DNA of 39,617 nt, taken from contig CALVHK010000001.1 of assembly GCA_944327405.1 (NCBI GenBank), forward strand, positions 1 through 39,617. Reading direction: 5' to 3'. Shown one piece after another: positions 1 through 8,566 of the stretch; positions within the stretch are counted from its first letter, which is position 1; every line of letters begins with the position of its first letter. Source of the DNA: an uncultured Bacilli bacterium. Lineage in GTDB: Bacteria > Bacillota_I > Bacilli_A > RF39 > UBA660. The notes under the pieces are model-generated. The model was given only the letters and a program-made list of their open reading frames with translations, was not told where the DNA came from and did no database searches. Position numbers and translations under genes: made by a program.

Positions 1-175
1 TTCTTTCATGCTTTCAACCTCGTTAATAATTTTAACATAAAATAGCTAAGAAAAAAAGAGAAAATAGCAAAGAAGCATTTAAAGAATACATAAACTGCTT
101 CTTTATATCATTCTCTTTTAGTGATAAACATTATTTTAATACTGCGCGGTCATACAAACTGCCAAATAATTCAAA

Positions 176-811
176 TTATGGTATGGACCTTTCACTTAAA
201 ATATAATCCTCTAAATTAGGAACAGTAGCTAAAAAATCTTTAAGCAAACTAGAGTCAAATCCTCGAGATTCTAAAACACTCACAAATGATTCTACGGATG
301 ATTGGTTATCTATTAAATACAGTTCTACTTCACCCTGTTTAGTAAGAACAAGTTCTTCATAATCTTCATAAGGAAGATCATCATTCCAAACAGATGTGAT
401 TAAACCCATGGCAAATAACTCGGATATAGCAGTTAGCTCTACCTCATTAAACATATATTTTAAATCTGCCATATTAATTAATGGTAAGTGTTTTATCTTT
501 CTTAAAACAAACATATTCATATCTAGGCTAGATAAATACTCTTTAACAATATCTCCTTGCTTTTGTTCTAAATGTTTTCTTAAAGAATAAGGGTTTTCTT
601 TAATTGGAGAAATATTGCTGTCTAATGTTAGATTGTCTTTTAAGGAAACAATATTTAAAAAATGCTGAATATATTTCGATAAATCACCAACTTCATCCAA
701 GACTACTCGATTCTTTAATCCTCCTGTTAAAAGAGTTATATCAAGGCTATCTACCCATTTAAATTTAAGGATTGCTCCTGCTAATAATTGCTCTAAAGTT
801 ATTTTTTCCAT
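176..811 (-). CDS. hypothetical protein (211 aa), no recognisable motif
   Basis: Long ORF with a GAGGTG RBS 5 nt upstream of the ATG. An imperfect long hairpin lies downstream (about 52-119). I recognise no catalytic or family motifs. Confidence 0.55.
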   Translation of the reverse strand: MEKITLEQLLAGAILKFKWVDSLDITLLTGGLKNRVVLDEVGDLSKYIQHFLNIVSLKDNLTLDSNISPIKENPYSLRKHLEQKQGDIVKEYLSSLDMNMFVLRKIKHLPLINMADLKYMFNEVELTAISELFAMGLITSVWNDDLPYEDYEELVLTKQGEVELYLIDNQSSVESFVSVLESRGFDSSLLKDFLATVPNLEDYILSERSIP

Positions 812-961
812 TTTAACACCTCATAAAATGAGTATAATACTAAACTTAGAAAAAATCTATACTCTTTACGTAAATTATACAATAAAAGAAAAAGCCATAT
901 TGAACCGAATAAAGCCTTTAATCATTCAAGAGTGACTAATATGTACTATATTTTTTTAAAT

Positions 962-1348
962 TCATTTTAGTTCTTTCAACATTTTTTCTTTATTTTTTAA
1001 ATTATCAGCAACTCTAACTGGCGATCCATTAACTGTATGTACGTGATCGATATATTTTTCTAATGTTGGAAAGGCATTTTGTAATAATATTACTGATTTT
1101 TTATTAGCAATTTCGCCTATCATTATGGATCGACAATCACCATATTTTTTAATCTTCTTATCTATTATAGGCTGATATTTCTCCACTTTACTACTTAAAG
1201 GAATAAACCATAAGATATCTTTATCTTTGATTGTAAAATAAGTAGGTCTTTTTTTACCACGTTCATGATTAGTCATAAGATTTTCGTCATTAACTACATC
1301 AAAAAATTCATCTTTTATGTGATATAAATATCCTGTTTGTACTTTCAT
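962..1348 (-). CDS. type III toxin-antitoxin system toxin, ToxN/AbiQ/CptN-like endoribonuclease (128 aa)
   Basis: The N-terminal layout 'YLYHIKDEFF..KKRPTYF..WFIPLSSKVEKY' matches the RP / hydrophobic-PLSS-K-x-x-K pattern of ToxN/AbiQ-type toxins. A GAAGGGGGG RBS sits 7 nt upstream. The gene lies directly downstream of a tandem-repeat array and a terminator, which is the diagnostic type III TA architecture. Confidence 0.6.
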   Translation of the reverse strand: MKVQTGYLYHIKDEFFDVVNDENLMTNHERGKKRPTYFTIKDKDILWFIPLSSKVEKYQPIIDKKIKKYGDCRSIMIGEIANKKSVILLQNAFPTLEKYIDHVHTVNGSPVRVADNLKNKEKMLKELK

Positions 1349-1383
1349 ATTGTTGCCCCCCTTCTAAAAAATATTATACCATA

Positions 1384-1421
1384 AACCAAAAGAAAACTCT
1401 ATTCAAAAGAATAAAGTTTTC
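1384..1421 (-). terminator. rho-independent terminator between the antitoxin repeats and the toxin gene
   Basis: On the minus strand: GAAAACU-u-UAUUC-uuuu-GAAUA-g-AGUUUUC, followed by UUUUGGUUUAU. That is 7+5 bp of stem with one internal mismatch. Confidence 0.55.
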
Positions 1422-1526
1422 AAACATTTTCCTTCGGAATAATTTATTACTCGCGCCATCCGTAAGCGAGAAACATTGTCGACCGGAATCATTTATTACT
1501 CGCACCATCCGTAAGCGAGAAACATT
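1422..1526 (-). ncRNA. candidate type III antitoxin RNA array: 2 full 49-nt direct repeats plus a 7-nt partial copy
   Basis: Units 1429-1477 and 1478-1526 are 43/49 identical. AAACATT recurs at 1422, 1471 and 1520, a period of 49. Each unit contains the hairpin CTCGC-N11-GCGAG on the transcribed strand. There is no ORF. Confidence 0.6.
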
Positions 1527-1558
1527 TTCAAGTTATTGCACTTCATCAATGCAATATA

Positions 1559-1587
1559 AATATACTATATTTTTATCCAAATGTCAA
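1559..1587 (-). promoter_or_regulatory. sigma-A type promoter for the repeat-toxin operon
   Basis: Minus strand has TTGACA (1587-1582), a 17-nt spacer and TATATT (1564-1559), about 30 nt upstream of the first repeat. Confidence 0.5.
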
Positions 1588-1650
1588 TTAGTATATTCAT
1601 TTTAATATACGCAATAATCTTGAATTAAATACAACTTTTACATCACTTTT

Positions 1651-4278
1651 TTATTTTCCAGATTTAATTTTTGCTTGAGCTGCCGCAAGTCTAGCAATTG
1701 GAACACGGAATGGACTGCACGATACATAATCAAGGCCTACGCTTTCACAGAATTCAATACTAGCAGGATCACCACCATGTTCTCCACATACACCTAAGTG
1801 AATATCCGGTCTAGTTTTTCTTCCTTTTTCTACAGCAATCTTAATAAGTTCGCCTACACCTTCAGTATCTAACTTAGCAAATGGATCAGACTCAAAGATT
1901 TGATTTTTATAGTAATCATTTAAGAATTTACCAGCATCATCTCTTGAGAATCCATAGGTCATTTGAGTTAAGTCGTTGGTTCCAAATGAGAAGAATTCAG
2001 CATATTCAGCAATTTTATCAGCAGTTAAGGCTGCTCTAGGTATTTCGATCATGGTTCCTACATGGTAAATTAAATCGACACCTGCTTCTTTGATTAACTT
2101 GTCTGCTTCTTCGCAAACAATATCACGCACAAATTTAAGTTCTTTAACATCTCCAACTAGTGGAATCATAATCTCTGGAGTGACTTGAATACCTTCCTTA
2201 CCTACATTAATGGCTGCTTCAATAACTGCTCTTGTTTGCATTCTGGCAATCTCTGGATAAGTAACAGCAAGACGGCAACCTCTGTGTCCCATCATTGGGT
2301 TAAATTCTTTTAAGGATTCAACACGTTTCTTTAGTACTTCAAAACTCATGCCTAAGCTTTCAGCTAAAGGTTTAATTTCTTCATCCGTATGTGGTAAAAA
2401 TTCATGAAGTGGTGGGTCTAAGAAACGAATGGTAACACTATATGGTGCCATGGCTTTAAATAATTCTTCAAAGTCACCTCTTTGATAAGGTAAAATATCT
2501 TCTAAGGCTGCCTCTCTTTGCTCAAGTGTTTCTGCCGTAATCATCTTTCTAAAATTAAATATTCTATCACTTTCAAAGAACATATGCTCTGTACGGCAAA
2601 GGCCAATTCCTTCAGCCCCAAACTTACGAGCTTGAATGGCATCTCTTGGAGTATCGGCATTGGTACGAACACGCATTCTTCTAGCCTCATCAGCCCAATT
2701 CATAAATGTTTCGAAATCACCACTAATACTTGGTTCTTCCGTTTTAATTAAGCCATCGTAAACTCTTCCAGTAGAACCGTCTAAACTTATTTCGTCTCCT
2801 TCATGATAAACATGACCCTCTTTTGTCGTAAGGGTTTTAGCCTCTTCATCAATAGAAAGTTCGCCACAACCAGATACACAACAACGTCCCATACCACGAG
2901 CAACAACAGCAGCATGGCTAGTCATTCCACCACGAATAGTTAAAATTCCTTCAGCATGATTCATACCTTCAATATCTTCTGGAGAAGTTTCTAGTCTTAC
3001 TAAAATTGTTTTTTCACCCATATTAGAATGTTCGGTTACATCTTCAGCAGTAAAATAGATTTTACCAGCTCCTGCTCCAGGTGATGCAGCAAGTCCACTG
3101 GCTATCACTTTACCATTTTTTAACGCATCAGCGTTGAATGTTGGATGCAGTAAGCTATCAAGTTGTTTAGGTTCAACTTTAAGTAATGCTTCTTCTTTGG
3201 TAATTAAGCCTTCTGATACTAAATCTACAGCAATTTTTAAGGCAGCTGTAGCAGTTCTCTTACCATTTCTTGTTTGAAGCATGAAAAGTTTGCCATTTTC
3301 AATCGTAAATTCCATATCTTGCATGTCTTTGTAATGATTTTCTAGAGTTTTAGCGATTCTTGCAAACTCCTTATATACTTCTGGCATCGTGTCTTCAAGC
3401 TTACTAATTGGCTCTGGTGTACGAATACCGGCTACAACATCTTCCCCTTGCGCATTAATTAAATACTCACCATAAAGTTTAGCCTCACCTGTTGCTGGAT
3501 TTCTTGTAAATGCAACACCGGTACCGGAAGTTTCTCCGCGGTTTCCGTAAACCATTTCTTGAACGTTTACAGCAGTTCCCCAACTGGATGGAATATCATT
3601 CATTCTTCTATAATAAATTGCCCGTTCATTATTCCAACTTCTAAATACAGCGGTTACTGCTTCAATTAGTTGTACTTTAGGGTCTTGAGGAAAATCTTCC
3701 CCTGCTATATCCTTGTAGATATTTTTAAATTCATTGGTTACCTCAACCATATCTTCATCCGTTAGATCCGTATCAAATTTAGCGCCTTTAGCTTCCTTTA
3801 TCTCATCTAAGCGTCTTTCAAAACTTGATTTTGGATAACCTTTTACTACATCTGCAAACATTTGAATAAATCTACGATAAGAATCGTATACAAATCTTTT
3901 GTTACCAGTTGTGTTGGCAAAGCCTTCTGCTACTTCATCATTCAAACCTAAGTTTAGGACTGTATCCATCATACCTGGCATACTTGCACGAGCTCCACTA
4001 CGAACACTTACTAGTAATGGATTTTCCCTGTCTCCTAATGTTTTTCCCGTAATTTGTTCTAGTTCAGCTAATTTAGCATAAATTTCTTCCTTAATGCCTT
4101 CGTCTATAACTTCCTTATCCTCATAATACTTATTACAAGCTTCGGTTGTAACAGTAAAACCTCTTGGAACAGGTAGTCCAATGGAAGTCATTTCTGCTAA
4201 ATTGGCTCCTTTACCACCTAGTAATTCTTTCATGTCTTTATTACCTTCTGAAAAAAGGTAAACGTATTTTTTTTCCAT
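1651..4278 (-). CDS. ppdK: pyruvate, phosphate dikinase
   Basis: 875 aa. The N-terminus is 'LLGGKGANLAEM', the phospho-histidine loop is 'GGMTSHAAVVARGMG', and a PEP-utilising C-terminal domain is present ('GLCRTEHMF'). Confidence 0.95.
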   Translation of the reverse strand: MEKKYVYLFSEGNKDMKELLGGKGANLAEMTSIGLPVPRGFTVTTEACNKYYEDKEVIDEGIKEEIYAKLAELEQITGKTLGDRENPLLVSVRSGARASMPGMMDTVLNLGLNDEVAEGFANTTGNKRFVYDSYRRFIQMFADVVKGYPKSSFERRLDEIKEAKGAKFDTDLTDEDMVEVTNEFKNIYKDIAGEDFPQDPKVQLIEAVTAVFRSWNNERAIYYRRMNDIPSSWGTAVNVQEMVYGNRGETSGTGVAFTRNPATGEAKLYGEYLINAQGEDVVAGIRTPEPISKLEDTMPEVYKEFARIAKTLENHYKDMQDMEFTIENGKLFMLQTRNGKRTATAALKIAVDLVSEGLITKEEALLKVEPKQLDSLLHPTFNADALKNGKVIASGLAASPGAGAGKIYFTAEDVTEHSNMGEKTILVRLETSPEDIEGMNHAEGILTIRGGMTSHAAVVARGMGRCCVSGCGELSIDEEAKTLTTKEGHVYHEGDEISLDGSTGRVYDGLIKTEEPSISGDFETFMNWADEARRMRVRTNADTPRDAIQARKFGAEGIGLCRTEHMFFESDRIFNFRKMITAETLEQREAALEDILPYQRGDFEELFKAMAPYSVTIRFLDPPLHEFLPHTDEEIKPLAESLGMSFEVLKKRVESLKEFNPMMGHRGCRLAVTYPEIARMQTRAVIEAAINVGKEGIQVTPEIMIPLVGDVKELKFVRDIVCEEADKLIKEAGVDLIYHVGTMIEIPRAALTADKIAEYAEFFSFGTNDLTQMTYGFSRDDAGKFLNDYYKNQIFESDPFAKLDTEGVGELIKIAVEKGRKTRPDIHLGVCGEHGGDPASIEFCESVGLDYVSCSPFRVPIARLAAAQAKIKSGK

Positions 4279-4308
4279 ATTGCCTCCTTAATTTTATGGT
4301 ACGAAAAT

Positions 4309-4337
4309 ATTATAGCACGCATCAAGTAGTAGTACAA
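4309..4337 (-). promoter_or_regulatory. ppdK promoter
   Basis: Minus strand has TTGTAC (4337-4332), a 17-nt spacer and TATAAT (4314-4309). An AAGGAGG RBS precedes the ATG. Confidence 0.45.
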
Positions 4338-4390
4338 TAAAGAGGCAAAAGTTTGACAAAAAATATACAATTTTTTGTCTACTTTCTTAT

Positions 4391-4417
4391 AAAAAAAACT
4401 CATTATCATAATGAGTT
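4391..4417 (-). terminator. rho-independent terminator after nrnA
   Basis: Minus strand: AACTCATT-ATGAT-AATGAGTT (8-bp stem) followed by a T run. The hairpin overlaps the stop codon. Confidence 0.6.
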
Positions 4418-5399
4418 AAATGTTGCTAATACTTGCTCGTTTATACTCTTCACATAAATTGTCTAAGTCTTTTAAAAAAGCATCAATTTCGCTTTCTTTA
4501 GTAATACGAGCACCACTAGCATATTTATGGCCTCCTCCATTGTAGAGACTTGCTACTTTATTAATGATTGGCCCATGGGAACGAATACTTACTTTATAGA
4601 CATTATTTTTTACGTCTTCCGTAATAAAGGTCCAGACTATTACTTCCCGAATAAAATTAAAATTATTAATAAGATTGGCTGGTGTTGCTAAATCTACATG
4701 ATATTCTTTAATGATCTCGCTTGGAATGATAATATAACCTAGGCCATGTTCCGTAACTGTCATATTCATGGCAATATAGCCTTGAAATCTTGCTTCATCT
4801 AGGCTACGTTCATACAAATAGTTGTATAAAGCTGGAAAATCTATTTTACTTGCTTTGATTAAATCGTGAACAATTTGAAATGTTTTGTTTGTCGTATAAG
4901 GTAGCAAGAAACGATCACTATCAGAGACAATTCCTAGATAAAGATTACCAGCGATTTTGGTATCTAATTTTAATGGTGTTTTAAGTATTAATTCACTAAT
5001 CATTTGACAGGTAGAGCAGCTTGTCTCATCCGTCCAATCTACTGGCCCTTTAATATCTTCGGCAGGATGATGGTCTATTTTCATTATTTCTTTATAGTTT
5101 AGTCCATCAATTCCATCTACTCGAGATAAATTCGGAACATCTAAAACAATTAATAAACATCCCGTTAAAGTTTCATTATCTACTTTATCTAAAATACCAT
5201 AATATTTAAATTTAGATACGCCAAGACCTACCGCATATACTTCTTTTTCAGGAAATGTAAGCCTGATAGAATCCCTTAAGGCTGTAGTTGAGGCAATGGC
5301 ATCAGGATCGGGCCCTACATGTCTTGCTATTACAATTTTTTGATATTCTTTTATCTTTTTATATACTTTTTTGATAATACTATTATTAATGGGAACCAC
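4416..5399 (-). CDS. nrnA: DHH/DHHA1 phosphoesterase, NrnA-like oligoribonuclease / pAp phosphatase
   Basis: 'ARHVGPDPDAIAS', 'DHH' and the C-terminal 'GGGHKYASG' motif are present. The ORF-track start is a GTG abutting its putative RBS, so the exact start is uncertain. Confidence 0.8.
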   Translation of the reverse strand: MVPINNSIIKKVYKKIKEYQKIVIARHVGPDPDAIASTTALRDSIRLTFPEKEVYAVGLGVSKFKYYGILDKVDNETLTGCLLIVLDVPNLSRVDGIDGLNYKEIMKIDHHPAEDIKGPVDWTDETSCSTCQMISELILKTPLKLDTKIAGNLYLGIVSDSDRFLLPYTTNKTFQIVHDLIKASKIDFPALYNYLYERSLDEARFQGYIAMNMTVTEHGLGYIIIPSEIIKEYHVDLATPANLINNFNFIREVIVWTFITEDVKNNVYKVSIRSHGPIINKVASLYNGGGHKYASGARITKESEIDAFLKDLDNLCEEYKRASISNI

Positions 5400-5404
5400 C
5401 CCTT

Positions 5405-6601
5405 CTATTTAATTAAATCATACGTATCAAGTGCAATCATTAATTCTTCATTCGTCGGAATAACATAAACTGCTACATTGGAATCTTCACTAGAAATAAG
5501 CCCTTCTGATTCATCTAGGTAGCCTGCTATCTTGTTGTTCTTTTCTGAATCAATTTTGATACCTAAGCAGCTAAGTTTCTCTATAATTGCTTCTCTAAAT
5601 TCTCTGGCATTTTCACCAAGACCGGCAGTAAAGACTAAAGCATCCACCTTACCCTCTAGTAAAACATAATATTTAGCAATATATTCAACAATACGATTGA
5701 TATACATATTATTAGCTAGAATAGCATCGTGCTCGCCTTTTTTCATCGCTGACTCTATATCTCTGTGATCGCTATATTTCCCACTAAGACCAAGTAAACC
5801 ACTTTTTTTGTTTAAAATAGTATCAACCTCATTTAATGTAGCACCAGTTTGTTCCATATAATAAGGAATTACAGAATAGTCAATATCACCAGAACGTGTT
5901 CCCATGATTAAACCGGCATTGGGAGTAAAGCCCATAGTAGTATCAAAGCTTTTAGAATCTTTAATTGCACAAATAGATGCTCCACTACCAATGTGACAAC
6001 TAATTAAGTTTACACTTTCTTTGCCTAAACGTTCTTTCATCACTCTGGTAATATATTTATGGCTAGTTCCATGAAAACCATATTTACGAATTTTGTAATC
6101 TTTATACCAAGATAATGGTACTGAATACAAATATTGTTCTTCATTCATCGTTTGATGGAAAGCTGTATCAAAAACTCCTACCATTGGAGTATTTGGTAAT
6201 GCTTCCCTAAATGCTTTTACTCCTAAAATATTTGCTGGGTTATGAAGAGGCGCTAAGTTTGATAATTCACTTACTGTGTTAATGACATCATCATCAATTA
6301 AAACACTTGATGCATATTTGTCCCCTCCATGAACTAAACGATGACCGATACCGTCAATTTCATCTAATGATGTGATAATGTTGTTATCAAATAATTCTTT
6401 AATTAATAATTCAATAGCAACTTTGTGGTCTTTCATGACTGCTTCTTTTTTTGTTTTTTCGCCATTTATTTTGATACTATAGATTCCATCATCTAAACCT
6501 ATTTTCTCAAAATTACCACTAATTAATTCTACTTGTTCTGGTAATTCAATCATATTAAACTTCAAAGACGAACTACCAGCATTTACTGTTAATATTTTCA
6601 T
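5405..6601 (-). CDS. ackA: acetate kinase
   Basis: 'MKILTVNAGSSSLKF' is the canonical start. I set the start at the ATG at 6601, which has a GAGGAG RBS. The 5-codon extension in the ORF track is rejected. Confidence 0.95.
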   Translation of the reverse strand: MKILTVNAGSSSLKFNMIELPEQVELISGNFEKIGLDDGIYSIKINGEKTKKEAVMKDHKVAIELLIKELFDNNIITSLDEIDGIGHRLVHGGDKYASSVLIDDDVINTVSELSNLAPLHNPANILGVKAFREALPNTPMVGVFDTAFHQTMNEEQYLYSVPLSWYKDYKIRKYGFHGTSHKYITRVMKERLGKESVNLISCHIGSGASICAIKDSKSFDTTMGFTPNAGLIMGTRSGDIDYSVIPYYMEQTGATLNEVDTILNKKSGLLGLSGKYSDHRDIESAMKKGEHDAILANNMYINRIVEYIAKYYVLLEGKVDALVFTAGLGENAREFREAIIEKLSCLGIKIDSEKNNKIAGYLDESEGLISSEDSNVAVYVIPTNEELMIALDTYDLIK

Positions 6602-6621
6602 AATATCTCTCCTCAAATACC

Positions 6622-6631
6622 ATTATACACA
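6622..6631 (-). promoter_or_regulatory. extended -10 element upstream of ackA
   Basis: Minus strand TGTGTATAAT lies about 20 nt upstream of the ackA RBS. Confidence 0.4.
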
Positions 6632-6654
6632 AAAAAAGAGAATATTTCTATCCT
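6631..6654 (-). terminator. weak terminator after the B-repeat protein gene
   Basis: Minus strand AGGAUA-GAAA-UAUUCU (includes one G.U pair), then C and U7. Confidence 0.4.
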
Positions 6655-6659
6655 TTTTC

Positions 6660-7382
6660 TTAACTTTTCTTCCATTTGGCAACCAAAGTTATGTCCTCAT
6701 TAACTGGCTCTAAAAAGTTAAATTCTGTATCATTTAGGTACCAGCCAATAAATTCAAAGCCTTCTTTTGTAGGGGCCTTTGGCATTTTTGCGAGTTTTCC
6801 TTTTTCAATTGTCTCAGCATCAACACTAGATCCACCACTTGAATCAAAAGTAATTGTAACTTTTGTTTTTTCACTACTTTCTTCTACTTTTTTATATTTG
6901 GCTACTAAAACCATGTTTTTATCAATGAGTGTTTCGCTATCAAATTCTTTATTATGATAATACCAGCTGATAAATTCGAAACCTTCTTTTGTTGGTGTAG
7001 GAAGAGTTGGTAAAGTATGATTTTCTTCCACTTCCACGCTTTCTAAGTTTGTTCCACCAAGTGTTTCAAAAGAAATAAGAAATGTTTTGGCGCTAAGACT
7101 CTCCCAATGGGCTGTTAGAGTAATATTTTCTTCAATCGTACTATCAAAATCAAACTTTTCGCCATCAAGATACCATCCGGCAAATTCAAAGCCACTCTTT
7201 ACCGGTTCTTCAGGACTCTCTACTTTCTTTTTTAGTCCTGTTTTCATTGGAGCAACGATACTACCTCCATTAGAATTAAATGTTACTTGATAGCCGTCTT
7301 TCATTAAATAAAAATAAAGACAACCGGATACTACAACAATTAATAAAATAATCATAACACTATATTTAATAACTTTACTCAT
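6660..7382 (-). CDS. membrane-anchored InlB B-repeat (Listeria-Bacteroides repeat) protein
   Basis: An N-terminal TM segment is followed by three units of about 70 aa, each with 'P.KEGFEF.GWY....F.F......ditL.A.W'. Confidence 0.8.
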   Translation of the reverse strand: MSKVIKYSVMIILLIVVVSGCLYFYLMKDGYQVTFNSNGGSIVAPMKTGLKKKVESPEEPVKSGFEFAGWYLDGEKFDFDSTIEENITLTAHWESLSAKTFLISFETLGGTNLESVEVEENHTLPTLPTPTKEGFEFISWYYHNKEFDSETLIDKNMVLVAKYKKVEESSEKTKVTITFDSSGGSSVDAETIEKGKLAKMPKAPTKEGFEFIGWYLNDTEFNFLEPVNEDITLVAKWKKS

Positions 7383-7428
7383 CTAGAATACACCTTTTAT
7401 TATTATAGATTATTCTTGATAATTCATA

Positions 7429-8514
7429 CTAATTCTTACTTACATTTAATACTAATCCTACACTAATCATGCTTATTAGTAAACTTGATCCTCCATAAGA
7501 AAAGAATGGTAATGTCACCCCGGTTACAGGAATTAGACCTACTACGACAGCTAGATTTAATGCTGCTTGAATAAATATGCCAAAAGCAAGACCAAAAGCT
7601 AAATACTTCTTAAATAAATCATTTGCTTTTAAAGCTATTTTTAGCATACGATAAAAAATAAAAAAGAAGAAACCACAGACAATTAAAACTCCTAAAAAGC
7701 CAAACTCTTCACTAATGATAGAAAAGATGAAATCTGTTTGAGGCTCTGGTAAATAAAAGTGCTTTTGCCTAGAATTTAGGAATCCTTGACCGAGTAGGCC
7801 ACCAGGACCAATAGCATACAAACTTTGAATAATTTGATAACCACTTCCTAGGGGATCACTCCAGGGGTTTAGGAAAGATACAATTCGAGCCATCCGGTAA
7901 GGAGCGGCAATAATTAAAGCAACTATGCCTGCTAGACCTAAAACACCTAGTTTAACAAAGAAAGATATTTTTAAACCCGAAATAAAAATCAGGGCTATTA
8001 AAGTAAGGGCTATTACCATGGAGGTTCCAAAATCCGGTTCTAGCATAATGAGTAAGAAAAACACGCCAATAACAAGAAAAATAGGCAATGCTCCTTTTTT
8101 CACATCACTCATGTTTTTTTGATTGTTTGCTAAGTATTTGGCTGTAAAAATAATGAGTCCTAATTTGGCAAATTCACTGGGTTGAATACCAAATCCACCT
8201 ATCCCAAACCAACTTCTACTTCCATTTCTTACAGTACCGATTCCGGGTATTAAAACAAGTACTAATAAAATAAAACATATCCCTAAAATTAGATTGGATT
8301 TCTTACGAACAAAATCTAAATTTATTTTGCTTGCTAATAGCATAATCCCTATTCCAGCAACAAAAAATATACTTTGTTGTCTAACATATTTAAAAGCATC
8401 CTGGTATTTAAACTCCGACCAAATGCTACTAGCTGAATAAATCATAATGATTCCAAAAATACAGATGATAATTACGCTTATAAAAAGAAAATAATCATTA
8501 TGTTTCTTTTTCAT
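7429..8514 (-). CDS. ftsW: FtsW/RodA/SpoVE (SEDS) family peptidoglycan polymerase
   Basis: Polytopic membrane protein with 'LPEPQTDFIFS' and 'PFFSYGGSS' SEDS motifs. It lies next to mraY. The start is taken at 'MKKKHNDY'. Confidence 0.88.
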   Translation of the reverse strand: MKKKHNDYFLFISVIIICIFGIIMIYSASSIWSEFKYQDAFKYVRQQSIFFVAGIGIMLLASKINLDFVRKKSNLILGICFILLVLVLIPGIGTVRNGSRSWFGIGGFGIQPSEFAKLGLIIFTAKYLANNQKNMSDVKKGALPIFLVIGVFFLLIMLEPDFGTSMVIALTLIALIFISGLKISFFVKLGVLGLAGIVALIIAAPYRMARIVSFLNPWSDPLGSGYQIIQSLYAIGPGGLLGQGFLNSRQKHFYLPEPQTDFIFSIISEEFGFLGVLIVCGFFFFIFYRMLKIALKANDLFKKYLAFGLAFGIFIQAALNLAVVVGLIPVTGVTLPFFSYGGSSLLISMISVGLVLNVSKN

Positions 8515-8566
8515 ACACCCACCTAACAAATTTTATGTCAAGAAAAAAAATGTAGAACTTCTACAT

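Noticed and set aside
1-9. Possible start of a minus-strand CDS running off the left edge (ATG at 9-7 with GAGG 8 nt upstream)
   Set aside because: Only three codons are visible, so it cannot be supported as a feature.
4355-4379. 9-bp inverted repeat GACAAAAAA-N7-TTTTTTGTC between the nrnA terminator and the ppdK promoter
   Set aside because: The arms are almost pure A/T runs with very low information content in a genome of this composition. I cannot tell whether it is an operator or chance.
6660-7382. Three-fold internal repetition considered as a repeat element
   Set aside because: The repetition is at protein-domain level (InlB-type B repeats). The DNA copies are diverged, so this is not a mobile or CRISPR repeat.
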